This document shows, piece by piece, positions 54,453 to 63,551 of a DNA stretch of 64,000 bases (its first letter is position 1; the number at the start of each line of letters is the position of its first letter). The notes beneath the pieces were generated by a model. It was given only the letters and a program-made list of their open reading frames with translations, did no database searches and was not told where the DNA came from. Where the stretch lies: positions 523 through 64,522 of IMG/VR virus record IMGVR_UViG_3300043399_000339; one strand, given 5' to 3'. Both the position numbers and the translations under genes were made by a program. This DNA is from a virus. Its lineage: Duplodnaviria; Caudoviricetes.

Positions 54453-54495
54453 TCTAACGGGTTAGAAGCCCATGTAACAAAGTTACAAAGCCATT

Positions 54496-54554
54496 AGCCG
54501 CCCTAGGGCGGCTTTTTTGCGCCCGCTGGGGGCTACCCCTAGGCGGGCTTTTTT
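54496..54554 (+). terminator. Two tandem intrinsic terminators
   Basis: AGCCGCCCTAGGGCGGCT+TTTTT and GCCCGC...GCGGGC+TTTTTT. Confidence 0.8.
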
Positions 54555-54710
54555 GCGCGCTCCTGGGGGCTCCTGGCGCGCCCGGTGACCGTACCCGAGA
54601 GTTAGCGAGCGGGTGACCGTACCCGCGAGAGCGTGGGCGGGCGTGGGCGGGCGTGGGCGGGCGGCTAACGCGTTAGATGGGAGATACTGGGTTTATGGAC
54701 AGTGCTTATC

Positions 54711-55368
54711 TGTTACGCGTAATGGAGAGAGGCCGGGAGGGGGCTCGGGAGCGGCAGGGGGCGCTTACGCGAAACTAACGCCAAATACGCTATGCGAGCA
54801 CGTACACAGGCACAACCATAGATTTCAGGCAGGGGCCCGGCCCGCGTAACAGAAATTTTTTCCTGTTACGCTCCTGTTACGCGTTCTGTTACGCGGCAGT
54901 GGCGCTCGCAAGTCGTTGATTTATATAGATTTTTTTGATTTTCTTAAAGTAGTAGATGAACGCGTAACCGGCGTAACAGGAAAAAACAACGCCCGGGGAA
55001 AAATGGCTTTTTTCCGCAGATTTCCTGCTCCTAAAAACGGAGCACTTTTGCGGAAATTTTTTGGGGTTTCCGGTTTTTGGCCTTTTCCCCTGTTACGCCT
55101 GTTACGCGCCCATTTTCGCTCCTAACCCATTGATTTCAAACGACTTTTCCGTAACTGACTTTCTGTTACGCGGCCGTTACGCCTGTTACGCCGTTAGAAC
55201 TATTGATTAAACATCGCCTCATTTTTCGGCCCTCCCTGTAGTACTTTCGCGATTGATTTGCGCCATCTTTAAAAAAATTCGTTTTGGTAACTCGCCGAAA
55301 AATCTTTTAAAAAATTGGTTTTTTGAAAGATAAGACCCTACTCGCAAAGTGGGTAACGCCTGTTACGC
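54711..55368. repeat. Array of TGTTACGC/GCGTAAC iteron-like repeats with IHF-like sites (origin or genome-end region)
   Basis: 13 copies in both orientations; WATCAANNNNTTR matches at 54909-54921 and 55123-55135; A/T tracts. Confidence 0.75.
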
Positions 55369-55403
55369 GCCCTGCCTGCCTACGCCGAACACAACCCAAA
55401 CAC

Positions 55404-55432
55404 TTGACAAAACACAACCTTTCTGTTACAAT
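55404..55432 (+). promoter_or_regulatory. Strong sigma70 promoter
   Basis: TTGACA-17-TACAAT. Confidence 0.85.
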
Positions 55433-55450
55433 GGAAGTTCAGTAGGTCCT

Positions 55451-55467
55451 CGTTCTTTAAAAATTTG
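55451..55467 (+). promoter_or_regulatory. boxA-like antitermination element
   Basis: CGTTCTTTAAAAATTTG resembles rrn boxA TGCTCTTTAACAATTT, just downstream of the promoter. Confidence 0.6.
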
Positions 55468-56086
55468 CTCGGCGGAGCCCCTGCCTTTTCGGTGCCCTTC
55501 ACGCTTCTATCGCTTCTAACGCGTTAGACGCCGCACCTTCTAGGCTGCTCCAGCAAGCCCCCGCTGCACACATGCAGAAGCCAGTCAGGCTTGGCGCCTC
55601 ACCCGTTAGCTCGGTCCCGTGCTAGCACTCTCGTGCAGTGCACGCCCGATCGCCAGCGGCCTGCGGTGTCCAACCTTCCACGGCGAGAAGGGGTCCGGTA
55701 CCCAGTCCGGTCGTCGCGTGGCGACCCAGTAGTGCACCTGCGGGTGCCGAACAGTCAGCGCGGCGGAATGTTGCTGTCCGTCTGTGCGGGGGACTACCCC
55801 TGCCAGACCTCGTGCCTAAATGCCGCGGCCCATGCCCTCCGAAGGGGCCAAGCTGCTACCCGGAGTATTTGCGGACCCCCGCAAATGACAACCGCTGACG
55901 ACGGAGCCGGCCCATGCCGGGAGATGCCGTTGTGACAAGAGCTATCGCACGCCAAGCCATAGACCGAAAGGACTATGTAGCTGTGAGCCTGTCGGCTGCT
56001 GCCTGTATCTAACAGGTTAGACGCCGTGCGGGTTCACGGATGCACTGTCCGCATCAAGGCAATCAAACCAACCGAAAGGAGTCCCC

Positions 56087-56350
56087 ATGCCATCCGTTAC
56101 CTATTCCAATTTCCGTGTGATCGACGACAAAGCGACGGCGACCGTAGCCACCGTGGACATGACCGAGCACCGGCGGTCCCTCTTCTGGCGCTCCCGTGCT
56201 GAGACCAAGACTGTCAAGGCATTCCGCCTCAAATACTCCGCGCTCTGGCGCCACCTAGAGACTGGCCTGCCCATGCCAGACCACAACAAGTTGGATGCGT
56301 TCGAGGCTGCCCACGAAGCCCTCCAATCCCTGAACAACGCAAAGGAGTAA
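56087..56350 (+). CDS. Hypothetical protein
   Basis: AAGGAG RBS. Confidence 0.7.
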   Translation: MPSVTYSNFRVIDDKATATVATVDMTEHRRSLFWRSRAETKTVKAFRLKYSALWRHLETGLPMPDHNKLDAFEAAHEALQSLNNAKE

Positions 56351-56352
56351 TC

Positions 56353-56676
56353 ATGGACCTCAACGAACTGCAAGCCCATATCAAGAGCGGCCCCACCATC
56401 AGCCCACCCGGCCTGTACGCTATCCGCCGGCCGGCGCCCCGCATCGTCTGTGCCGACGGGTTCAATCTGTCCGTGCAGGCCAGCGAGACGCACTACTGCA
56501 CGCCGCGCGACAACAAGGGTCCCTACACGCATGTGGAGATTGGCTTTCCCTCGGACGTCGAGCCCGAGCTTATGCCGTATGTGGAGGACGCGGAGCGCCC
56601 GACGGACACGGTGTATGCACAAGTGCCGATCGAGGTGGCGCTGGCTGTTATCAACAAGCACGGAGGTCGGGGATGA
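56353..56676 (+). CDS. Conserved phage hypothetical protein
   Basis: I.CADGF.LSVQAS..HYC.PR...Y..VEIGFPS...VY..VP...I.KHGG. Confidence 0.8.
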   Translation: MDLNELQAHIKSGPTISPPGLYAIRRPAPRIVCADGFNLSVQASETHYCTPRDNKGPYTHVEIGFPSDVEPELMPYVEDAERPTDTVYAQVPIEVALAVINKHGGRG

Positions 56677-56885
56677 CCCGCTACGTGATCGAGTTCACCG
56701 AGGCGGAGCTTGCCCACGTGCATGAGTCTCTGACTCTGCGGCTCTACCACCTCAGCCGCAATCGCACGCTGACCGACCGGACACTAGATGAAGTGGCTGT
56801 GCTTGCCGATGAGATCGGCGCCATGCTGTACCCACCGACCACCACCGACCCAACAGAGAAGGAGACGGACCATGAAGACCAGTGA
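56673..56885 (+). CDS. Hypothetical protein
   Basis: GGAGG RBS; ATGA overlap. Confidence 0.6.
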   Translation: MTRYVIEFTEAELAHVHESLTLRLYHLSRNRTLTDRTLDEVAVLADEIGAMLYPPTTTDPTEKETDHEDQ

Positions 56886-57207
56886 GATGTGCCGCCGCGC
56901 GGCGGAGGTTGTGCGTAAGCAGCCACAGACGCCGGCGTGCTTCGCGTTGGGGTCCGCAGCGGGTGCCCACCTGCGCGCCGAAAGGCCCGAGAACCTCCAG
57001 CAGCTGCTCGACCGCATCGACCTCTCACTCGACCCGCATGGGTACGTCACGCAGTGGCTGCACGCCAAGCACAATGTGCCTAAAAAGCAGCTGTCCACAA
57101 AACCTGGCTCCCCTAACTGGCACTACTTCCCCACCCCGGAAGTGCAGGACTACCGACGTCGCTGGCTGCTGGCGCTTGCAGCAGAGTACGAGGCCCGCGG
57201 TGACTGA
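56872..57207 (+). CDS. Hypothetical protein
   Basis: AGGAG RBS; YR.RWL..LA.EYE..GD C-terminus. Confidence 0.7.
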   Translation: MKTSEMCRRAAEVVRKQPQTPACFALGSAAGAHLRAERPENLQQLLDRIDLSLDPHGYVTQWLHAKHNVPKKQLSTKPGSPNWHYFPTPEVQDYRRRWLLALAAEYEARGD

Positions 57208-57210
57208 GGC

Positions 57211-57232
57211 CGTGTCTAACGCGTTAGACACG
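57211..57232. promoter_or_regulatory. 22-bp perfect palindrome (strongest copy of the CTAAC-GTTAG motif)
   Basis: CGTGTCTAACGCGTTAGACACG. Confidence 0.75.
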
Positions 57233-57248
57233 CTGAACGGAGACTCGC

Positions 57249-57656
57249 ATGACTAACGCCTGGGGCCACCTGCCGAACGCCAAGCGGATCGACCGTGTGC
57301 TGGCTGACCTCCGGGCCCGCCCGCAGGTGTGGGTCGCCGCTCGGGACGCCGCTCGGGACGCCGCCTGGGGCGCCGCTCGGGGCGCCGCCTGGGGCGCCGC
57401 CTGGGGCGCCGCCTGGGCCGCCGCTCGGGTCGCCGCCTGGGCCGCCGCTCGGGTCGCCGCTTGGGACGCCGCTCGGGGCGCCGCCTGGGGCGCCGCTCGG
57501 GACGCCGCTCGGGACGCATGTGCTGCGCTCATAGCATGGGATGACGCCAGTCTCCTGCTCGATATGCCTGTGGACGCTGTGCGTCTGCTCGCGGCCTCTG
57601 GCCACCACCCGGCAGTGTTGCTAGTGCCGGCTTGCATCGCTCTCAGCGATGATTGA
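57249..57656 (+). CDS. xAAy-repeat protein, copy 1 (15 units)
   Basis: Constant 28-aa N-terminus, 12-bp repeat array 57333-57512, constant C-terminus; GGAGA RBS. Confidence 0.8.
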   Translation: MTNAWGHLPNAKRIDRVLADLRARPQVWVAARDAARDAAWGAARGAAWGAAWGAAWAAARVAAWAAARVAAWDAARGAAWGAARDAARDACAALIAWDDASLLLDMPVDAVRLLAASGHHPAVLLVPACIALSDD

Positions 57657-57685
57657 CAAGACCATTATATGTAAAGGAGATGCTC

Positions 57686-58363
57686 ATGAACGCATACACT
57701 CGACTCAAGTTCCACGTAGACCGGTACAAATACACCAAGGGCTCGTTCACCGGCGACGCCCCGCTCGACAAGAATCGACGCAGCCGTTCGCACGCCCGGG
57801 TGCAGATCATCAGCCCCACCAGAGCCGGTGTCATCTTTCACAACACGCGCATCCTCACGGCCGACTCCGTGCGCGGTACGGTCACGCTGGACAGCGGTGG
57901 CTGGGAAGAATCGCCAACGACGCGTGAAGCTCTGCGCGGCGCCATCCGTGTAGCCACTGAATACAACGTATGGGTCAGCACGCACGCCTCCAACGGATAC
58001 AAACAGACAACCATCACCACGCCACATGGTGCGTATGTGTTCTATGACGGCATGGAGTTTGACGATGGCATGCGGCTCACCAGCCCGGCCAAGCCGTTCA
58101 TGACCTACCGCGCAGATATTGAGGCGCGCAAAGCCGTTGCCGCGCGCTATGCCGAGTTCCGGTCGGTGCTGCCTGTGTTGGTGGCAGGCATTCAGCGCAG
58201 GACTCACTGGCTCCCCGGCTGGCAACAGCTTTCTAACGTGTTAGATGACCCTGGCCGGTGGCCAGACGTCGTGGCGTACTACTACGCCCCAGACCCGAAG
58301 GTGGTGTGGCGTCGCGTATACAACGTGCTGACAGAGCATATGCGTGTGGTGGTGCCCGAATGA
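57686..58363 (+). CDS. Hypothetical protein
   Basis: AAGGAG RBS; TL..GGW...TT motif. Confidence 0.75.
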   Translation: MNAYTRLKFHVDRYKYTKGSFTGDAPLDKNRRSRSHARVQIISPTRAGVIFHNTRILTADSVRGTVTLDSGGWEESPTTREALRGAIRVATEYNVWVSTHASNGYKQTTITTPHGAYVFYDGMEFDDGMRLTSPAKPFMTYRADIEARKAVAARYAEFRSVLPVLVAGIQRRTHWLPGWQQLSNVLDDPGRWPDVVAYYYAPDPKVVWRRVYNVLTEHMRVVVPE

Positions 58364-58548
58364 TGTGCGTCGACTGCGGCGATGACGTTAACCCCAGACG
58401 AGCCGCGCTGGGCTACAAAGTATGTATCTCATGCGGTGAGATACGTGCGAGGAAGGTGAAGCACTGCTCGGTAAATTTGAACAAGTCAAATTATTACTAC
58501 GTGTCTGACCGCGAGACACTCAAGCAAACCAACCCAAAGAGGACGTGA
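58360..58548 (+). CDS. DksA/TraR-like C4 Zn-finger protein
   Basis: C..CG......R..LGY..C..CG. Confidence 0.7.
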   Translation: MMCVDCGDDVNPRRAALGYKVCISCGEIRARKVKHCSVNLNKSNYYYVSDRETLKQTNPKRT

Positions 58549-58769
58549 TGACCTTCTCTGAACTCGAAGGGCTGCTACTGCTGGCCGTGGGCGTGCTGCT
58601 CTGGCGCATCGAGGTGCTGCGGAGATAGCGTGACGAGCAGTGCGAGCGCGCCAACCACTACGCCCGGCGCATGCAAGACGTGTACCACAAGCGAGGCGTC
58701 ATCAAGCTCGACCCAGAACGTGGGTACTACTACGAAGAAACCTGCAACCCAACCAAGAAGGAGAAATGA
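58548..58769 (+). pseudogene. Small membrane-anchored gene interrupted by in-frame TAG
   Basis: GAGGA RBS; ATG 58548, TAG 58626-58628, frame continues open to TGA 58769, 1 nt before next ATG. Confidence 0.45.
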
Positions 58770-58770
58770 A

Positions 58771-58977
58771 ATGTCTGCCAAGAAAATAACTGCGCCGGTC
58801 AAGTACAAGGCATGTGTCATCACGCCGGCACCCAAGGGCTATGACGTGTTCGATGGCAATGGGCATTGGTTTAATGCACCCACTCAGCGGCAAGCAAAAT
58901 GGTGGAGTGCGGTCTACTCTAACGCGTTAGATAAGTTCCAATCCAATCCCGTGCGAGACACACCTGCGGTGTCGTAA
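58771..58977 (+). CDS. Hypothetical protein
   Basis: AAGGAG RBS. Confidence 0.65.
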   Translation: MSAKKITAPVKYKACVITPAPKGYDVFDGNGHWFNAPTQRQAKWWSAVYSNALDKFQSNPVRDTPAVS

Positions 58978-59246
58978 TGAAGTTCGAGTCCATCACATAC
59001 CGCATCGGCGAGCAATTCCTGCCCGCCCTGGTGAATGGCGACTGGTCCGGCCTCAGTGATGAAGAGGCCGAACAATTTGAAGCGTGGTTCGAGGCAGCCT
59101 CTGCCGAGTGGGCCGACTTCAAAGGCAACAAGTGGGTGTACTCCCACGAGTCCGTGTCCGACAACCGAGAGGAGTTCGCAAAGTGCGAAGTCACCGGCCT
59201 GATGGGCAATGTGTGTGATGTTGAGTTTCTTTTCCGTTCTATCTAA
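58977..59246 (+). CDS. Hypothetical acidic protein
   Basis: LPALVNGD.SGL.DEE motif; TAATG overlap. Confidence 0.7.
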   Translation: MKFESITYRIGEQFLPALVNGDWSGLSDEEAEQFEAWFEAASAEWADFKGNKWVYSHESVSDNREEFAKCEVTGLMGNVCDVEFLFRSI

Positions 59247-59261
59247 CCCAAGGAGTTTTTC

Positions 59262-60326
59262 ATGTCCAACCTGGCCATCAACCTGTCCCAAGCCGCTACC
59301 CTCATCAAGACCTGCGGTCACACCAACACCCTGCTGCTGCGTGGCGCACCGGGCATCGGCAAATCCTCCATCCTCAAAACTCTCGCAGACCAACTCCCGG
59401 ACTACCACGTGGCGTACGTAGACTGCGCCAACCTCGACCTCGGCGACATTGGCATGCCTGTGATTGACCGAGAGCAGATGGTGACTACCTATGCCCCTAA
59501 CTCGCGCTTCGGTGTTGGCCGTGGCCAGAACAAGCCCGTGCTGCTGATGCTCGACGAGCTGGGCAAGACGAGCAAACCCGTGCTGAACATGCTGCTGCCT
59601 GTGATCCTCGAACATCGCCTGGGCGACGTCGCCCTGCCCGAGGGGTCCATTGTGTTCGGCACGACCAACCTCGACAGCGACGGCGTTGGCGACAACATCC
59701 CGGCCCATGCCCAGAACCGCATGACGGTGGTGCGTGTGTCGAACCCCACGGTGGACGAGTGGCTGGCCTGGGCGTCTGCCAACGATGTCTCCCCCGAGGT
59801 GATGGCGTTTGCCAAGCAGTTCCCGCAGGTATTCGACTGCTACGCGGACCTGGAAGATACCGACAACAACCCGTACATCTTCAACCCACGCAAGGGCCAG
59901 ACCAAAGCGTTCTGCTCGCCCCGCTCGCTTGAGAAGTCCAGCCGGCTGATCGCCAGCCGTTCGGTGCTTGGTGACGCGCTGCTGCCTGCGTTGGCCGGCA
60001 CCGTGGGTGAGTCTGCCGCCCGTGACATGGAGGCGCTGGTGCACCTCGCTGACCAGATTCCGTCATTCGAGGCAGTGTGCAAGGCACCCGGCACGACCAA
60101 GATTCCGGACGGCGTAGGCGCTTACTTCCTGATGGCGTTCCAGCTGGCCGGCCGCTGCAAGGAGGACAACCTCGATGCGGTCATGGAGTACGTCAACCGC
60201 TGGGAGAACTTCGAGGCAGTGACTCTGTTCGTCACCACCCTGGCAAGCAACGCGCAGAAGGTCAGCATGGCGTGTAGGAATAAAGCATTCACGCAGAAAT
60301 GCGCCATCCTTGGTCGCTACTTCTAA
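59262..60326 (+). CDS. MoxR-like AAA+ ATPase
   Basis: GAPGIGKS Walker A; LLMLDE Walker B; TTN; SPRS. Confidence 0.9.
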   Translation: MSNLAINLSQAATLIKTCGHTNTLLLRGAPGIGKSSILKTLADQLPDYHVAYVDCANLDLGDIGMPVIDREQMVTTYAPNSRFGVGRGQNKPVLLMLDELGKTSKPVLNMLLPVILEHRLGDVALPEGSIVFGTTNLDSDGVGDNIPAHAQNRMTVVRVSNPTVDEWLAWASANDVSPEVMAFAKQFPQVFDCYADLEDTDNNPYIFNPRKGQTKAFCSPRSLEKSSRLIASRSVLGDALLPALAGTVGESAARDMEALVHLADQIPSFEAVCKAPGTTKIPDGVGAYFLMAFQLAGRCKEDNLDAVMEYVNRWENFEAVTLFVTTLASNAQKVSMACRNKAFTQKCAILGRYF

Positions 60327-60337
60327 CGGGTTAGATC

Positions 60338-60481
60338 ATGTCAGACTTCATGTTGTTTCTCAAACACTGCTCCGATGAGCAAGTAATCGGTGTGTATGAA
60401 CGTGAGCGCGCCGCCAAGCGGTACTACTACGCACGACTGGCCAGGGAGGAGGCCAAGCTGCGAGGACTGTGGCATGGCTAA
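60338..60481 (+). CDS. Small hypothetical protein (47 aa)
   Basis: MSDFMLFLKHCSDEQV...LRGLWHG; stop overlaps start of repeat copy 2. Confidence 0.5.
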   Translation: MSDFMLFLKHCSDEQVIGVYERERAAKRYYYARLAREEAKLRGLWHG

Positions 60482-60857
60482 CGCCTGGGACCACCTGCCG
60501 AACGCCAAGCTGGTCGACCGTGTGCTGGCTGACCTCCGGGCCCGCCCGCAGGTGTGGGCCGCCGCCTGGGACGCCTCCCCCTGGGACGCCGCTCGGGGCG
60601 CCGCTCGGGTCGCCGCCTGGGGCGCCTCTCGGGACGCCACCTGGGCCGCCGCCTGGGACGCCACCTGGGCCGCCACCTGGGCCGTTGCCTGGGACGCCGC
60701 TCGGGACGCATGTGCTGCGCTCGTAGCATGGGATGACGCCAGTCTCCTGCTCGACATGCCTGTAGACGCAGTGCGTCTGCTCGCGGCCTCTGGCCACCAC
60801 CCGGCAGTTCTGATGCTGCCGGCTTGCATAGCTCTGAATGGAGACTCGCATGACTAA
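60474..60857 (+). CDS. xAAy-repeat protein, copy 2 (12 units)
   Basis: Array 60558-60704. Confidence 0.8.
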   Translation: MANAWDHLPNAKLVDRVLADLRARPQVWAAAWDASPWDAARGAARVAAWGASRDATWAAAWDATWAATWAVAWDAARDACAALVAWDDASLLLDMPVDAVRLLAASGHHPAVLMLPACIALNGDSHD

Positions 60858-61242
60858 CGCCTGGGACCACCTGCCGAACGCCAAGCTGATCGACCGTGTG
60901 CTGGCTGACCTCCGGGCCCGCCCGCAGGTGTGGGACGCCGCTCGGGACGCCGCTCTGGACGCCGCTCTGGACGCCGCTTGGGACGCCGCTCGGGGCGCCG
61001 CTCGGGGCGCCGCCTGGGGCGCCGCTCGGGGCGCCGCTCGGGGCGCCGCCTGGGGCGCCGCTCGGGTCGCCGCTTGGACCGCCGCTTGGGGCGCATGTGC
61101 TGCGCTCGTAGCATGGGATGACTCGGCACTCATGCTCGACATGCCTGTAGACGCAGTGCGTCTGCTCGCGGCCTCTGGCCACCACCCGGCAGTGCTCATG
61201 CTGCCGGCTTGCATAGCGTTGGGCTCGAACGCGCCCAAGTAA
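60850..61242 (+). CDS. xAAy-repeat protein, copy 3 (13 units)
   Basis: Array 60934-61089. Confidence 0.8.
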   Translation: MTNAWDHLPNAKLIDRVLADLRARPQVWDAARDAALDAALDAAWDAARGAARGAAWGAARGAARGAAWGAARVAAWTAAWGACAALVAWDDSALMLDMPVDAVRLLAASGHHPAVLMLPACIALGSNAPK

Positions 61243-61299
61243 GCTGTGCTTTGGTTCCTCTTGCATAGCACTCTCAACTCAATCTAACGGTTAGATACC

Positions 61300-62466
61300 A
61301 TGACTCCACTCGATAGAATCAAGAAGGCCAAGGTCAGCATCATGCGCCACCCGCGCTTCTGCGCCTTCTCCGGCGTTATGTCGTGCGGCACCACCACGGT
61401 GGACGCCAGCATCAACCCGCCCACTGCCCGCACCAACGGCCTGGACTACGTCTACCACCCAGACTTCGTTGCCTCACTGTCCGACCAGCAGCTGCGGCTG
61501 CTTATCCTGCACGAAACTCTGCATGTGGCTGGCAAGCACCTGCACATGTGGAAGGGACTGTGGAAACGCAACCCTAAACTCGCCAACATCGCGGCTGACT
61601 ATTTTGTCAACCTCGCACTCATGGACATGGACAAGGGCGAGAACTTCCTGGCCATGCCGGAGATCGGTATCCAACCGGAGCCTAAGTACCGAGGCTGGAA
61701 CATCGAGCAAATCTTCAACGACTTGCTGCAGAACCCTCCTCCCAAGCGCGGCAAGGGTGGCGGAGATGATGACGGGGAGGGCGACGCTGGTCTGGACGGC
61801 CACGACTGGGAGAACTCCGAGGTCACCGAGGAGCAAGCCCGTGAGATCGACCGTGCACTGCGGCAAGGCGAGATGCTGGCGCGCAAGCGCGGCAACGGTG
61901 CGGGTAACTCTGACGGCGTGATCGGCGATCTGCTGGCTCCCAAGGTTGACTGGCGCGATCAGCTGCGTGAGTTCGTGCAGGAGCAGTGCCAGGGTCGTGA
62001 TGAGTCCACGTGGCGCAAGCCCAACCGACGCTACCTCAGCAGCGACGTCTACATGCCGTCATCCATCAGCGAAACAATGGGCCCGCTGGTCATCGGCCTG
62101 GACACATCCGGCTCGTGCTTCTCGGGAGATACGGTCACGCGGTTCGTGAGCGAGCTCAAGGCCGTCGTCGACTCGGTTCAGCCTGAGAGCGTTCGCGTGA
62201 TCTGCTGGGATTGGGAAGTACGCACCGACCAGTCTTTCGACAGCGGCGCATTCGACGTGCCGTCGCTCAAGATTCGCGGCGGTGGCGGCACCCGCGGTGG
62301 CGTGCTGTTCGACCACATCGCCAAGACCCCGGGCACCAAGCCCAGCGCGATCATCCAGTTCACCGACGGAGAATTTTCTTGGCCGCAAGACTGCGGCATC
62401 CCGACCCTCTGGGTCCTCACCGAAAAACGCAACAAGGCCCCGTGGGGCAGGAGTATCTACCTGTGA
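61300..62466 (+). CDS. DUF2201-type metallopeptidase + vWA domain protein
   Basis: TA.TNG; LHETLH; NIAAD..VN; MIDAS-like DTSGS; GGGGT; FTDG. Confidence 0.88.
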   Translation: MTPLDRIKKAKVSIMRHPRFCAFSGVMSCGTTTVDASINPPTARTNGLDYVYHPDFVASLSDQQLRLLILHETLHVAGKHLHMWKGLWKRNPKLANIAADYFVNLALMDMDKGENFLAMPEIGIQPEPKYRGWNIEQIFNDLLQNPPPKRGKGGGDDDGEGDAGLDGHDWENSEVTEEQAREIDRALRQGEMLARKRGNGAGNSDGVIGDLLAPKVDWRDQLREFVQEQCQGRDESTWRKPNRRYLSSDVYMPSSISETMGPLVIGLDTSGSCFSGDTVTRFVSELKAVVDSVQPESVRVICWDWEVRTDQSFDSGAFDVPSLKIRGGGGTRGGVLFDHIAKTPGTKPSAIIQFTDGEFSWPQDCGIPTLWVLTEKRNKAPWGRSIYL

Positions 62467-62753
62467 GCTTCATCAACAAAATCCGTAGCCTTTTCACCAA
62501 CCCGGCGCCCACCGAGCAACGGGACTATGCGCTTGCCAAATCCGTGTCCAGCTCGGTAAACCGACTTGACGTCGAGAACAACACCATGCTGCGAATAGAC
62601 ATCATCACGGCGCTTAACGGTCGGATACTGCAAATCGGCAAGTTCAAGCCCAACCCGCATGGCCCGGACTGGACGTTCGAGCTGTACCTCGTGCCTGACG
62701 ACCAGTCACTGGCAGACGCAATCTCTGCTGTTCTGGTGATGAGGGGGTTATGA
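62463..62753 (+). CDS. Hypothetical protein
   Basis: GTG start overlapping previous stop; A.NG...Y.V motif. Confidence 0.65.
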   Translation: MSFINKIRSLFTNPAPTEQRDYALAKSVSSSVNRLDVENNTMLRIDIITALNGRILQIGKFKPNPHGPDWTFELYLVPDDQSLADAISAVLVMRGL

Positions 62754-63154
62754 CTAACGCCTGGGACCACCTGCCGAACGCCAAGCTGATCGACCGTGTG
62801 CTGGCTGACCTCCAGGCCCGCCCGCGGGTTTGGGACGCCGCCTGGGCCGCCGCTCGGGTCGCCGCCTGGGCCGCCGCTCGGGACGCCGCCTGGGGCGCCG
62901 CTCGGGACGCCGCCTGGGGCGCCGCTCGGGGCGCCGCTCGGGACGCCGCTCTGGTCGCCGCTCTGGACGCCGCTCTGGGCGCCGCTCGGGACGCCGCCTG
63001 GGACGCATGTGCTGCGCTCGTAGCATGGGATGACGCCAGTCTCCTGCTCGACATGCCTGTAGACGCAGTGCGTCTGCTCGCGGCCTCTGGCCACCACCCG
63101 GCAGTTCTGATGCTGCCGGCTTGCATAGCTCTGAACGGAGACTCGCATGGCTAA
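62750..63154 (+). CDS. xAAy-repeat protein, copy 4 (14 units)
   Basis: Array 62834-63001. Confidence 0.8.
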   Translation: MTNAWDHLPNAKLIDRVLADLQARPRVWDAAWAAARVAAWAAARDAAWGAARDAAWGAARGAARDAALVAALDAALGAARDAAWDACAALVAWDDASLLLDMPVDAVRLLAASGHHPAVLMLPACIALNGDSHG

Positions 63155-63551
63155 CGCCTGGGACCACCTGCCGAACGCCAAGCTGGTCGACCGTGTGCTG
63201 GCTGACCTCCGGGCCCGCCCGCAGGTGTGGGACGCCGCTCGGGGAGCCGCTCGGGTCGCCGCTCGGGGCGCCGCTTGGGACGCCGCTCGGGACGCCGCTC
63301 GGGACGCCGCTCGGGGCACCACTTGGTACGCCGCTCGGGACGCCGCCTGGGGCGCCGCTCGGGGCGCCGCCTGGGACGCCTCCTGGGACGCCGCTCTGGA
63401 CGCATGTGCTGCGCTCGTAGCATGGGATGACGCCAGTCTCCTGCTCGACATGCCTGTAGACGCAGTGCGTCTGCTCGCGGCCTCTGGCCACCACCCGGCA
63501 GTTCTGATGCTGCCGGCTTGCATAGCTCTGAATGGAGACTCGCATGACTAA
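63147..63551 (+). CDS. xAAy-repeat protein, copy 5 (14 units)
   Basis: Array 63231-63398. Confidence 0.8.
   Translation: MANAWDHLPNAKLVDRVLADLRARPQVWDAARGAARVAARGAAWDAARDAARDAARGTTWYAARDAAWGAARGAAWDASWDAALDACAALVAWDDASLLLDMPVDAVRLLAASGHHPAVLMLPACIALNGDSHD

Noticed and set aside
55591-55935. 114-aa and 86-aa ORFs in the leader region
   Set aside because: TTG/GTG starts with no RBS and atypical composition; treated as non-coding.
57653-57685. TTGACA as a promoter
   Set aside because: No -10 element at 16-18 bp spacing.
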